Positions 1 to 8,011 of a DNA stretch of 64,000 bases are shown one piece after another. The first letter of the stretch is position 1; each line of letters opens with the position of its first letter. The stretch spans positions 149,722 to 213,721 of the forward strand of contig JACRBQ010000035.1 in NCBI GenBank assembly GCA_016213135.1, read 5' to 3'. Under the pieces are notes generated by a model. The model was not told the origin of the DNA. It ran no database searches and was given only the letters and a program-made list of their open reading frames with translations. Made by a program: the position numbers and the translations under genes. Source of the stretch: Chloroflexota bacterium. Lineage in GTDB: Bacteria; Chloroflexota; Anaerolineae; Anaerolineales; VGOW01.

Positions 1-3000
1 ACGGGCGACGGAATCTTGCGAGCAGGTATACAGCATGTTCTCGGCGTGGGCGACGCCCGGCAGGGTCTTGGCATATTCGGCGACACCCGGCACGTCGAGG
101 AAGCCGGCGATGTTCGATCCGCAGTGGCACACGAACACGCCGATGCGGGCCTCCTCTTCGCTCACATCGCGCTCCGGCGGATAGCTTCGCTCACGCGCCA
201 ACAGGCCGCGCGCCGGCGCCAACAGCGCCGCCGATTGCGCCGCCGCGCCGGAGGCCTCCACCACCGTCTCGGGAATATCCTTCGGCTCGCGGAACGGGCC
301 GACGGCGTAAATGCCCGGTCGCGAGGTCTGCAACGGATCGAATTGCACCGTTGCGCAGAAGCCGTAGGGATCGAGTTCGACGCCGAGGTCGCGCCCCAAC
401 TGCCGCACGGCGGGCGACATTTCCATGCCGACGGAAAGCACGACCAAATCAAACTCCTCTTCAATTACAGCCGGGGAGCGTGGGAGTGTGGGCACTTCGA
501 CTTCGCTCAGTGTGCAAGTGTGGGAGAGGTCGCTTGGGGCATAGCGGAGAATCAGACCGTGGCTCCGCGGATTTTCTTTCAGCGCCGAAATGCGGCAACG
601 GTGATACTGGACGCCGTACTTCTCGCGGGCGCGGCGATAGTATTCCTCGTAGCCTTTGCTGAAGGCGCGCATGTCCATCATAAAGACGTGCACTTCGGTG
701 TCCGGCTCGTGCTCCTTGGCCATGATGGCTTCTTTGGCCGCGTACATGCAGCACACCGCCGAGCAGTAGTCGTGCGTTTGATCGCGCGAACCGATGCACT
801 GCAGGAACGCAATCTTCCTGGGCCGCACACCGTCCGACGGGCGTTTGACGTGCCCGGCCGTGGGGCCGGAGGCCGACAGCAGCCGCTCGAATTGCAAGGC
901 TGTCACCACGTTCGGGAAACGCCCAAAGCCGAACTCTTGCGAGAGTTTCGCGTCGTACGCCTGATACCCCGGCGCGAGAATCACCGCGCCGACGTTGACT
1001 TCCTCGACGCGCTCGACTTCGTCGTGGTTGATGGCTTTGACGCCGCACACGTACACGCAGCTCATGCACTCCGAGCACAGGCCGCAGGCCAAACAGCGCG
1101 AGGCCTCGGCTTTGGCTTGCGCTTCGGTGTAGCCGCGCTCCACTTCGGCAAACGTGCCGCGCCGTTGTTGCGCCGGGATCATCGGCATAGGCACGCGCGG
1201 CGAGACGCGAATTTCGTTCCGCGTCAATTTTTCTTCCACTTCGGGACGCGTCATTTTTACGACCGGTAGGTCGGGCGCGAATTTGGGTTCGAGCGGCTCG
1301 CCGGAGATGTAACGGTGAATGGTGGCCGCAACTTTGTGGCCGGCGGCCACGGCTTCGATGACAAACGCCGTGCCGGTGGTGGCATCGCCCGCCGCAAACA
1401 CGCCGGGGCGCGTGGCGGCGAAGGTGTTGGGGTTGATGGCAATGGTGGATTGGCGGGTAATGCCCACCCCGGCGTCATCCGGGATAAATGCCAGACCGGC
1501 GCGCTGGCCGATGGAAAAGATCACCGTGTCACAGGGGATGACGTGTTCCGAATCCGGCTCGGTTTCGAGCGTCAACTTGCCTTCCGAGTCGAAATCCATG
1601 AACCTGACGTTGACAGATTCGACTCCCGTCACCCGCCTCTCATCGCCCTCCAGAATTCGCTTGAACGAGCGAGCCGGATACATGGTGACGCCCTCGGCTT
1701 CGGCCTCTTCGATTTCCCACGGGTGCGCGGGCATCTTCTCGCGCGATTCGAGACAGGCCATCGCTACCGAGGCCGCGCCCAAACGCACGGCGGTGCGGGC
1801 GCAGTCAATCGCCACATTGCCGCCTCCAAGAACCAACACTCGTTTTCCATAAACCGAGTGTTCAACTTCAAACTTCACGCGAAGCGTCCCAACTTCAAAC
1901 TTCAAATCGTCACCGTCTGCAATTTGAGATTTGAGATTTGAAGTTTGAAGTTCTGCGAGACGAACGTCTCGCAGAAACTGCGTGTTCACCAGCACGTCCG
2001 GCAAGTCTGCGCCGGGGATGGGGAGTTTCTTTCCTTCGTGCGCGCCGACGGCAATCAGCACCGAGTCGAAACCGTGGGCAAAGAGATCGTCGAGGTTGTT
2101 GACGGTCGTGTTGAGGCGCAGGTCAACCCCCAGATCAACGATGTCCTGCACTTCACGGTCTACAATCGCCGCGGGCAGACGGTATTCGGGGACGCCGACG
2201 CGCAACATGCCGCCCGCCACCGGCAGAGACTCGAACACGGTGACACCGTAACCGAGCGTGACCAAATCCTTGGCGGCGGTGAGGCCGCACGGCCCCGCCC
2301 CTATGACGGCGACTCTCTGCGTGCGAGTCTGAGGGACACGTTGAATCGGTTCGCGATCTTTCGAGTAGGCCCAATCGGCGACGAAGCGTTTGAGGGCGTG
2401 AATGTTGAGCGGCTCGTCAACAAGGTTCCGGTTGCAGGCCAGTTCACAACGGTGATTGCAGATGCGGCCGCAGATGCCGGGGAAGGGATTGTCTTCTCTG
2501 ATGACGCGGAGCGCGTCGGCGTAGCGGCCTTCGCGGACGAGGGCGATGTAGCCTTGGGCGCGTTGACCGGCGGGGCAGGCGTCACGGCAGGGGGCGATGC
2601 CCTTCTTTTCAATCGCATATGCGGCCGGGATGGCCTGGGGGTAGAGGCGGTAAGCGGCGCGGCGCGGCGCCAGTCCTTCGTTGAACTCGTCGGGCAGTAC
2701 GATGGGGCAGACTTTTTCGCAATCGCCGCACCCCACACACTTGAGCGGATCAATGTAGCGCGGCTTGCGGCGGACTCTGGCAGTGAAGTTTCCGGCGTCG
2801 CCGTCCACGCCGAGCACTTCGGTGTCCGTCAGGATTTCAATGTTGAGGTGGCGGCCCGTCTCGACCAGTTTGGGCGAGATGGTGCACATCGCGCAGTCGT
2901 TGGTGGGGAAGGTTTTGTCCAACTGCGCCATGTGGCCGCCAATGGCGGATTTGGTTTCGACCAGATAAACCTTGAAGCCCTGCTCGGCCAGATCGAGGCT

Positions 3001-3123
3001 GGCCTGCATTCCGGCAATGCCGCCGCCGACGACCATCACCGCGCCGACCGGCACGTGGCCGTTGCCCGAAGGAATGATATCAGAGAGAGGTACGAAAGCA
3101 GATTGGCCGGACACGCGCATCAT
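1..3123 (-). CDS. Giant HdrA-like flavoprotein fused to a GltD/NfnB-like NAD(P)H domain (HdrL-type); 3' end runs off the window
   Basis: My own minus-strand translation from ATGATG at 3123 (alt GTG 3114) stays open to base 1. It is missing from the ORF track only because no stop lies in the window. The + ORFs 16..1269 and 1945..3168 are antisense shadows. Motifs: GGGIAGMQASLDLAEQG, TFPTNDCAMC, CRDACPAG..CGRICNHRCELAC, VAVIGAGPCGLTAA, FLQCIGSRDQTHDYCSAVCCMY, then a second HdrA N-terminus IGVFVCHCGSNIAG. Confidence 0.85.
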   Translation of the reverse strand, partial: MMRVSGQSAFVPLSDIIPSGNGHVPVGAVMVVGGGIAGMQASLDLAEQGFKVYLVETKSAIGGHMAQLDKTFPTNDCAMCTISPKLVETGRHLNIEILTDTEVLGVDGDAGNFTARVRRKPRYIDPLKCVGCGDCEKVCPIVLPDEFNEGLAPRRAAYRLYPQAIPAAYAIEKKGIAPCRDACPAGQRAQGYIALVREGRYADALRVIREDNPFPGICGRICNHRCELACNRNLVDEPLNIHALKRFVADWAYSKDREPIQRVPQTRTQRVAVIGAGPCGLTAAKDLVTLGYGVTVFESLPVAGGMLRVGVPEYRLPAAIVDREVQDIVDLGVDLRLNTTVNNLDDLFAHGFDSVLIAVGAHEGKKLPIPGADLPDVLVNTQFLRDVRLAELQTSNLKSQIADGDDLKFEVGTLRVKFEVEHSVYGKRVLVLGGGNVAIDCARTAVRLGAASVAMACLESREKMPAHPWEIEEAEAEGVTMYPARSFKRILEGDERRVTGVESVNVRFMDFDSEGKLTLETEPDSEHVIPCDTVIFSIGQRAGLAFIPDDAGVGITRQSTIAINPNTFAATRPGVFAAGDATTGTAFVIEAVAAGHKVAATIHRYISGEPLEPKFAPDLPVVKMTRPEVEEKLTRNEIRVSPRVPMPMIPAQQRRGTFAEVERGYTEAQAKAEASRCLACGLCSECMSCVYVCGVKAINHDEVERVEEVNVGAVILAPGYQAYDAKLSQEFGFGRFPNVVTALQFERLLSASGPTAGHVKRPSDGVRPRKIAFLQCIGSRDQTHDYCSAVCCMYAAKEAIMAKEHEPDTEVHVFMMDMRAFSKGYEEYYRRAREKYGVQYHRCRISALKENPRSHGLILRYAPSDLSHTCTLSEVEVPTLPRSPAVIEEEFDLVVLSVGMEMSPAVRQLGRDLGVELDPYGFCATVQFDPLQTSRPGIYAVGPFREPKDIPETVVEASGAAAQSAALLAPARGLLARERSYPPERDVSEEEARIGVFVCHCGSNIAGFLDVPGVAEYAKTLPGVAHAENMLYTCSQDSVAR
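1861..1952. repeat. Heptamer tandem-repeat element forming an 18-bp perfect hairpin, in-frame inside the hdrL-type CDS
   Basis: aacttcaaacttcaaatc (1891-1908) is the exact reverse complement of gatttgaagtttgaagtt (1935-1952). Both arms are built from 7-nt units. The encoded peptide is ELQTSNLKSQIADGDDLKFEVGTLRVKFEVEH. Confidence 0.9.
1953..1974. repeat. GAGACG-type palindromic (REP-like) element inside CDS
   Basis: ctgcgagacg aa cgtctcgcag is a perfect 10-bp inverted repeat. It directly abuts the heptamer element. Confidence 0.85.
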
Positions 3124-3184
3124 CCTCTATTATGCAAAATAAGCCGGATATTCTTCGACACGAATTAGCATACGCCCGCCGCCC

Positions 3185-3210
3185 CGTGACATAGAGTGCC
3201 AAATGTCACG
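3185..3210 (-). promoter_or_regulatory. Candidate operator upstream of the hdrL-type gene
   Basis: Perfect 8-bp inverted repeat cgtgacat-N10-atgtcacg, about 65-90 nt upstream of the start. It contains the box GTGCCAAATGTCAC, which recurs at 56833-56846 upstream of hdrC. Confidence 0.4.
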
Positions 3211-3279
3211 CGCTTGCCCGATAAGTTTCATCGGAAATGGAAAGATGGAATTGGACGAAAGGAGGCGAATTAGACCAAA

Positions 3280-3708
3280 TCAAGACTTGGATTGATGCAG
3301 CGGGCTTGGCCCCAATTTTTGCACTCGCTCCGTCATTTCCCGCGCTACCCGTGCAAACGTGGCCCCCTGGCCGCCGGAGACGAAGAACATGTCCAGCCGC
3401 TCGCCCTCAATGCCAATGCTCTCCAACAGCCCGCGCGCCCGCGCCACGCGCGCTTTGCCCCGCTCGTTCCCGCGCACGTGGTGGCAATTGCCCAACGAGC
3501 AGGCCACAACGTACACGCCATCCGCGCCTTGCTCGAACGCTTCCATGATGTAACGCACATCGGTCTTGCCGGTGCATGGCAAGCGCACGAGTTTGACGTT
3601 GGCCGGGTACGGCACATGCAACGCCCCGGCCGTGTCGGCGGCCATGTAGGCGCAGTAGATGCAAGTGAAGGCGGTGATGTCAGGCTCAAAGTGACCGTTG
3701 GTATTCAT
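3280..3708 (-). CDS. MvhD-like electron-transfer protein (methyl-viologen-reducing hydrogenase delta subunit family)
   Basis: Last 142 codons of ORF-track entry 3280..5529, starting MNTNGHFEPD (ATG 3708). Cys pattern CIYCAY..LPCTGK..ACSLGNCHH parallels the copy at 52466..52936. The rest of the 749-aa ORF is out-of-frame overlap with the upstream hdrA. Confidence 0.85.
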   Translation of the reverse strand: MNTNGHFEPDITAFTCIYCAYMAADTAGALHVPYPANVKLVRLPCTGKTDVRYIMEAFEQGADGVYVVACSLGNCHHVRGNERGKARVARARGLLESIGIEGERLDMFFVSGGQGATFARVAREMTERVQKLGPSPLHQSKS

Positions 3709-3752
3709 GTGCGAAAGGGACTCCGGGAAACTGCCGGAATTCAAAGAACGCC

Positions 3753-6700
3753 TCACACTGCGAGTTCCCTGAGTTCCTTTGTTTCCTGTAGTTTCCACCC
3801 TCCGACCCCGCTCATAATCTGCTCGTCTCGATACCCCAATAATTGAATCGCCTTCGCCGGGCACTCGGCGGTGCAAGTGCCGCAACCCTGGCAACGCGCC
3901 GGATCGATCCACGCCGCGCCGCGCACGCCGCCCACACCCGTCAGGTTGGCGCGAATCTGTGGGATGCCGAAGGGACACGTGCGGGCGCAAGTGAGACAGC
4001 CGGTGCATTTGGCCGCCTCCACCACCGCCACACTGCCGCCGATGAACATAGTCTGTTTTGACAGCACGGTCATCGCCCGTCCTGCCGTCGCCAACGCCTG
4101 AGCGATGCACTCCTCGATGAACTTGGGGTAGTGCGCCATGCCGGCCAGGAAGATGCCTTCTTCCATGAAATCCATCGGGCGCATCTTCAAATGCGCTTCG
4201 AGGAAGAAACCTTCGGTTGAAAGCGGCAAGCGCAGTGTTCGCGCCAGAGCGGCGGAATCTTCGCCCGGCGCGATGGACATGCTCAGGGCCACGAGGTCCG
4301 GCGCGAGTTCCAGCGTTTCGCCGAAGACGTGCTCGTGAACGCGGACGGTGATAGCTGATGGCCGCTTCGCGTGGCTGATAGCGGATAACGGCGCGCTGTT
4401 CGAAGTTGGGAGTTGGGAGTTTGAAGTTTGGAGTTTGGAGTTTTCGATTTCCACCTTCGGCGGATCGTTTTCCGTGTAGCGCACAAACAGCACGCCGCGC
4501 CGCCGCGCTTCCGAATAAAACTTCTCGCGAAAACCGTACGTGATGATGTCTTTGTAACATATCGTCACCGCGCATTTGGGATTCAGCATCTTGATGCGGA
4601 TGGCGTTCTTCAACGTGTTGGTGCAGCACGTCCGCGAGCAGTAATCCGGCGCGCCTTCGGGCCGCACGCACTGGATCATGACAATGTGCTTCATGGCCGC
4701 GATGCGCTCCGGCTGATGGGCAATCAGTTCTTCCAAGGCCGATTGGCGGATCACCTTCGGATGGAGTCCAAGCCCGTAACGCCCGTCGCTCGACTCGCGC
4801 CCGCCCGTTGCCAGGATTGTGACGCCATGCTGAATCTCGATCTGGCCGGCCGGCGTTTGAATCAGGGACTCGAACGCGCCCACACTCCCGCTGTGCCGCG
4901 CCACTTCGCTCCGCATGTGCACGGTGACGCGCTCGTGGGCAATCACCCGATTCACCAGATCGCGCAACAGCCGTTGTGGATTCGCGCCCTCGGCTACGTA
5001 ATAAACATGGTGCAGGTTGCCGCCGAGCGCGTCGGATTTTTCGACGAGATGCACATCGAAGCCGCCATCGGCAATCGTCAAGGCTGCGGTCATGCCCGAC
5101 ACGCCGCCGCCGATCACCAGCGCGCTCCGGCTCGGCGTGCGTCTTTCCTTGGCGACCGCTTGAGCCGGGCTGACTCGCGCCACACCGACTCGCACCAATT
5201 CCTTCGCCTTGCGAGTCGCGCCATCGGGATCGTCGGCATGCACCCAGGCGCACTGCTCGCGCAGATTCACCATCTCGGCCAGGTACGGATTCAACCCGGC
5301 CTCGCGCGCCACGCGCTGGAACAGCGACTCGTGGGTGCGGTGACTGCAGGCGGCCACGACGAGGCGGTTGAGGCGCAGATCGCCGATCGCCCGGCGGATG
5401 TGATCCAGCCCGTCGGGGAAACAGGCAAAGGGCAGGTACTCGGCGTGGACGACGCCGGGCAGTCCGGCGGCAAAGCCGGCCGTCTCCGGGGCTTGCACCA
5501 CATCCGAAATACTTCCACCGCACCCGCACACAAACACCCCCAGCCGCACCGGTTCGCCGGACACGTCACGCTCCGGGCCGAAGCTATCCCGCCCGACGAA
5601 GGGGTGTTCGCGGGACGACGGCAGGGAGCCGAGTTGATCGCGCATCAGCCGCATGGCTTCCGCGGCCGCGCCCGAGGCATCCACGATGGTTTCGCCGATC
5701 TCCTTCGGCGAGGCAAACGCCCCGCACACAAACACGCCGGGGCGCGAAGTTTCCAGCGGCGTGAACTTGTCCGTTTGACAAAAACCGTTTTCGTTGAGTT
5801 CGATGCCCAGCACGCGCGACAATTGCCCGGCCAGTTCCGGCGGGCGGACACCGACGGCCAGCACCACCATGTCGTAACGCTCTTCGACGAGCGGCCCCTG
5901 CCCGGAGGCCGCTTCGCCGTGTATACGCCCGCCCGGGTAGCGCAGAATCAAATCGCGCGTCGCCGGGTCTTCGCGTATTTCCGAAATGCGGCAGCGCACG
6001 TATTGCACGCCGTGCCGATCACGCGCATTCAGATAGTAGGTTTGATACTCCTTGTTGAAAGCCCGCTCGTCCATGGTGAAGATGCGTGTCTCCACCCCCG
6101 GCAGGCGCTGCTTGGCAAGCATGGCCTCTTTGGTGGCGTACATGCAACAGATGGACGAGCAATAGGGGTATTTTTGATCGCGCGAGCCGACGCACTGCAG
6201 CCAGGCTATTCGCATGGGCGGTTTGCCGTCGGACGGCCGGGAGATGGCTCCTTCGCTCGGGCCGGAGCGCGAGACCAGTCGCTCGTACTGCATCGAGGTG
6301 ATTACGTTGGCGTACCGCCCGAAGCCAAACTCCTGCATCTCGGTCGGGTTGAAAGGTTTGTACCCGACGGCAAGTATCACCGCGCCGACGCCCAGCTCCT
6401 CTTCAACCATCGCCGCCGACAAATCGATGGCCTCCGTCGGGCACACCTCGACACATTTGCGGCACTCGTCGCACGTGTCCGCTTTGTCGAGCAGATAATA
6501 CGAATCCGGCACGGCGCGCGGCGCAGACTTGCTGATGGCCTTGCGCATGGTCAAGCCCATTTGAAATCCCGATGGGCGCTCGACGGGGCAAATCCTGGCG
6601 CACAGCCCGCAGTTGATGCACTTCGCCGGATCGACGAACTGTGGTCGCCGCCGCAGCCGCGCGGTAAAATTACCGGCCTGCCCCTCGCAGGCGATCACGT

Positions 6701-6995
6701 CCGTCGAGGTCAGCACTTTGATGTTCGGATGCAGATTGTGGTCGAGCAGCGCCGGGGTGATGGAGGGCCTGGTGCAACCGTATCCGTGATCTGACGTGCC
6801 TCGGCACAACACGCAGTCGTGGGTGGGAAACATGAAACCCAGTTGAGCCACGCGCCCGCCGAGGGCCGGGGTGCTTTCGACCAGATAGGCTTGCAACCCG
6901 GCCTCGGCCACGTCGATGGCGGCGCGCATCCCGCCGACGCCGCCGCCGATGATCAGGACGGCATTCGACTCGGTTTTCCTGACTGCTACCGCCAT
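3753..6995 (-). CDS. Tandem HdrA-like FAD/FeS flavoprotein (1080 aa)
   Basis: N-terminal IIGGGVGGMRAAIDVAEAG..FPTHDCVLC and LQCVGSRDQKYPYCSSICCMYATKEA. A second HdrA-like half has VFVCGCGGSISD, VIGGGVSGMTAALTIADGG and IQCVRPEGAPDYCSRTCC. C-terminal 2x[4Fe-4S] motif CTGCLTCARTCP..CQGCGTCTAECP. Confidence 0.9.
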   Translation of the reverse strand: MAVAVRKTESNAVLIIGGGVGGMRAAIDVAEAGLQAYLVESTPALGGRVAQLGFMFPTHDCVLCRGTSDHGYGCTRPSITPALLDHNLHPNIKVLTSTDVIACEGQAGNFTARLRRRPQFVDPAKCINCGLCARICPVERPSGFQMGLTMRKAISKSAPRAVPDSYYLLDKADTCDECRKCVEVCPTEAIDLSAAMVEEELGVGAVILAVGYKPFNPTEMQEFGFGRYANVITSMQYERLVSRSGPSEGAISRPSDGKPPMRIAWLQCVGSRDQKYPYCSSICCMYATKEAMLAKQRLPGVETRIFTMDERAFNKEYQTYYLNARDRHGVQYVRCRISEIREDPATRDLILRYPGGRIHGEAASGQGPLVEERYDMVVLAVGVRPPELAGQLSRVLGIELNENGFCQTDKFTPLETSRPGVFVCGAFASPKEIGETIVDASGAAAEAMRLMRDQLGSLPSSREHPFVGRDSFGPERDVSGEPVRLGVFVCGCGGSISDVVQAPETAGFAAGLPGVVHAEYLPFACFPDGLDHIRRAIGDLRLNRLVVAACSHRTHESLFQRVAREAGLNPYLAEMVNLREQCAWVHADDPDGATRKAKELVRVGVARVSPAQAVAKERRTPSRSALVIGGGVSGMTAALTIADGGFDVHLVEKSDALGGNLHHVYYVAEGANPQRLLRDLVNRVIAHERVTVHMRSEVARHSGSVGAFESLIQTPAGQIEIQHGVTILATGGRESSDGRYGLGLHPKVIRQSALEELIAHQPERIAAMKHIVMIQCVRPEGAPDYCSRTCCTNTLKNAIRIKMLNPKCAVTICYKDIITYGFREKFYSEARRRGVLFVRYTENDPPKVEIENSKLQTSNSQLPTSNSAPLSAISHAKRPSAITVRVHEHVFGETLELAPDLVALSMSIAPGEDSAALARTLRLPLSTEGFFLEAHLKMRPMDFMEEGIFLAGMAHYPKFIEECIAQALATAGRAMTVLSKQTMFIGGSVAVVEAAKCTGCLTCARTCPFGIPQIRANLTGVGGVRGAAWIDPARCQGCGTCTAECPAKAIQLLGYRDEQIMSGVGGWKLQETKELRELAV
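4402..4445. repeat. Heptamer tandem repeat in-frame inside tandem hdrA
   Basis: gaagttgggagttgggagtttgaagtttggagtttggagtttt has 7-nt periodicity. It encodes ENSKLQTSNSQLPTSNS within the 1080-aa protein. Confidence 0.9.
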
Positions 6996-7927
6996 TCCCC
7001 GGCCCTACTCGGTTCGCCCTCCGGCACCGGCTGCCCGAGGAGGTATTCGTATGCCGCCAGCGCAGCTTTGGCCCCTTCGCCAATGGCGATGAGCACCTGC
7101 TCGCCGAAAGCGTCGGTCACGTCGCCGGCGGCAAACAGCCCGGGCGCGGTGGTGCAGTTGCGCGAGTCGATTTTGATGCGGCCCTGCGAATCGCAGTCGA
7201 CAAGGTGCGACACCAGCTTGGAATTGGGCACGAGGCCGAGTTCCACGAAAAACGCGTCGGACTGGATCGCGCGCATGTCCGCGCCCTTCTTGACCACCAG
7301 CGTGCGGGCAAATTCGTCGCCCAGCACTTTTTCCACGTGATAGCCTTCCATCAGCGTGACATTGGAGGCGGCGATGAGCCGCTTGCCCAGCGGGCTATCC
7401 AGTTCGCCGTGGGTGGGGGCCACCAGCGTCACCTCGCGGGCAATGTGGGCCAATTCCAGCGCGGCGCGCAGCGCCAACAGCGAGTCGCCGATGACGGTGA
7501 CCGCCCGCTCGATGAACAGCGGCGCATAACTTACGGCGCTGTAGCACAGGCCGCGCATCATATATTCCTTTTCGCCGGGCACGTTGAGTTGCTGGCCCAG
7601 CGCGCCGGTGGTGAGCAGCAGCGCCCGGGCGGCGTAGTCCGGCCCGCTGCGCGTGTGCACGCGGTAGCCATCGTGCGTGCGCTCCACGGTTTCAACCTTG
7701 TCCATCACCCGGGCAAAGTCGAGATACTCGATCTCGTTGACGAAGTTGTTAACCACCTCTTCGCCGTTGATCACCAGGTGATGCTCGATGTCCGGCAGTT
7801 GCAGGCGGTAGTTCGTTTTGCCGCCCAGGTCTTTGGTGATCAGCAGCACGTTCAGCCGCTTGCGCAGCGCGTAAATGGTGGCGGTCAGCCCGGCCGGCCC
7901 GCCGCCGATGATGATCAGGTCGTACAT
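6986..7927 (-). CDS. Thioredoxin-reductase-fold FAD oxidoreductase lacking the redox-active CxxC
   Basis: Start MYDLIIIGGGPAGLTATIYA (ATG 7927, GGAGG RBS). C-terminal GLFAAGDVTD flavin motif. The position of the TrxR YCAVC motif reads YSAVS. 10-bp overlap with the hdrA start at 6995. Confidence 0.8.
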   Translation of the reverse strand: MYDLIIIGGGPAGLTATIYALRKRLNVLLITKDLGGKTNYRLQLPDIEHHLVINGEEVVNNFVNEIEYLDFARVMDKVETVERTHDGYRVHTRSGPDYAARALLLTTGALGQQLNVPGEKEYMMRGLCYSAVSYAPLFIERAVTVIGDSLLALRAALELAHIAREVTLVAPTHGELDSPLGKRLIAASNVTLMEGYHVEKVLGDEFARTLVVKKGADMRAIQSDAFFVELGLVPNSKLVSHLVDCDSQGRIKIDSRNCTTAPGLFAAGDVTDAFGEQVLIAIGEGAKAALAAYEYLLGQPVPEGEPSRAGEWR

Positions 7928-7948
7928 GGTTGCCTCCTGTGAGAAACG

Positions 7949-8006
7949 CCAAACTCCAAACTTCAAACTCCCAATTTGAAACTTGAAGCTGGGAGTTTGT
8001 AGTTTT
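7949..8006. repeat. Intergenic heptamer-repeat hairpin
   Basis: ccaaactccaaacttcaaactcccaatttgaaacttgaagctgggagtttgtagtttt. caaactccca pairs with tgggagtttg. Lies between the malic-enzyme stop and the trxR-like start. Confidence 0.85.
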
Positions 8007-8011
8007 CGGTC

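Noticed and set aside
3190-3210. Reading TTTGGCAC on the minus strand as a sigma-54 -24 element
   Set aside because: The -12 TTGC(A/T) element is not present at the required spacing (TGGCAC-TCTAT-GTCA). The second site has TTTTGCAC instead of TGGCAC.
3709-5529. Upstream 600 codons of ORF-track entry 3280..5529, and similar N-terminal extensions of 30224..31441, 55086..56585, 38007..38798, 32975..33799, 33796..35229 and 61946..62500
   Set aside because: The sequence is nonsense until an internal Met with an RBS, where family motifs begin. The extensions overlap the upstream real gene out of frame. Starts were moved to 3708, 30988, 56075, 38450, 33553, 34998 and 62317.
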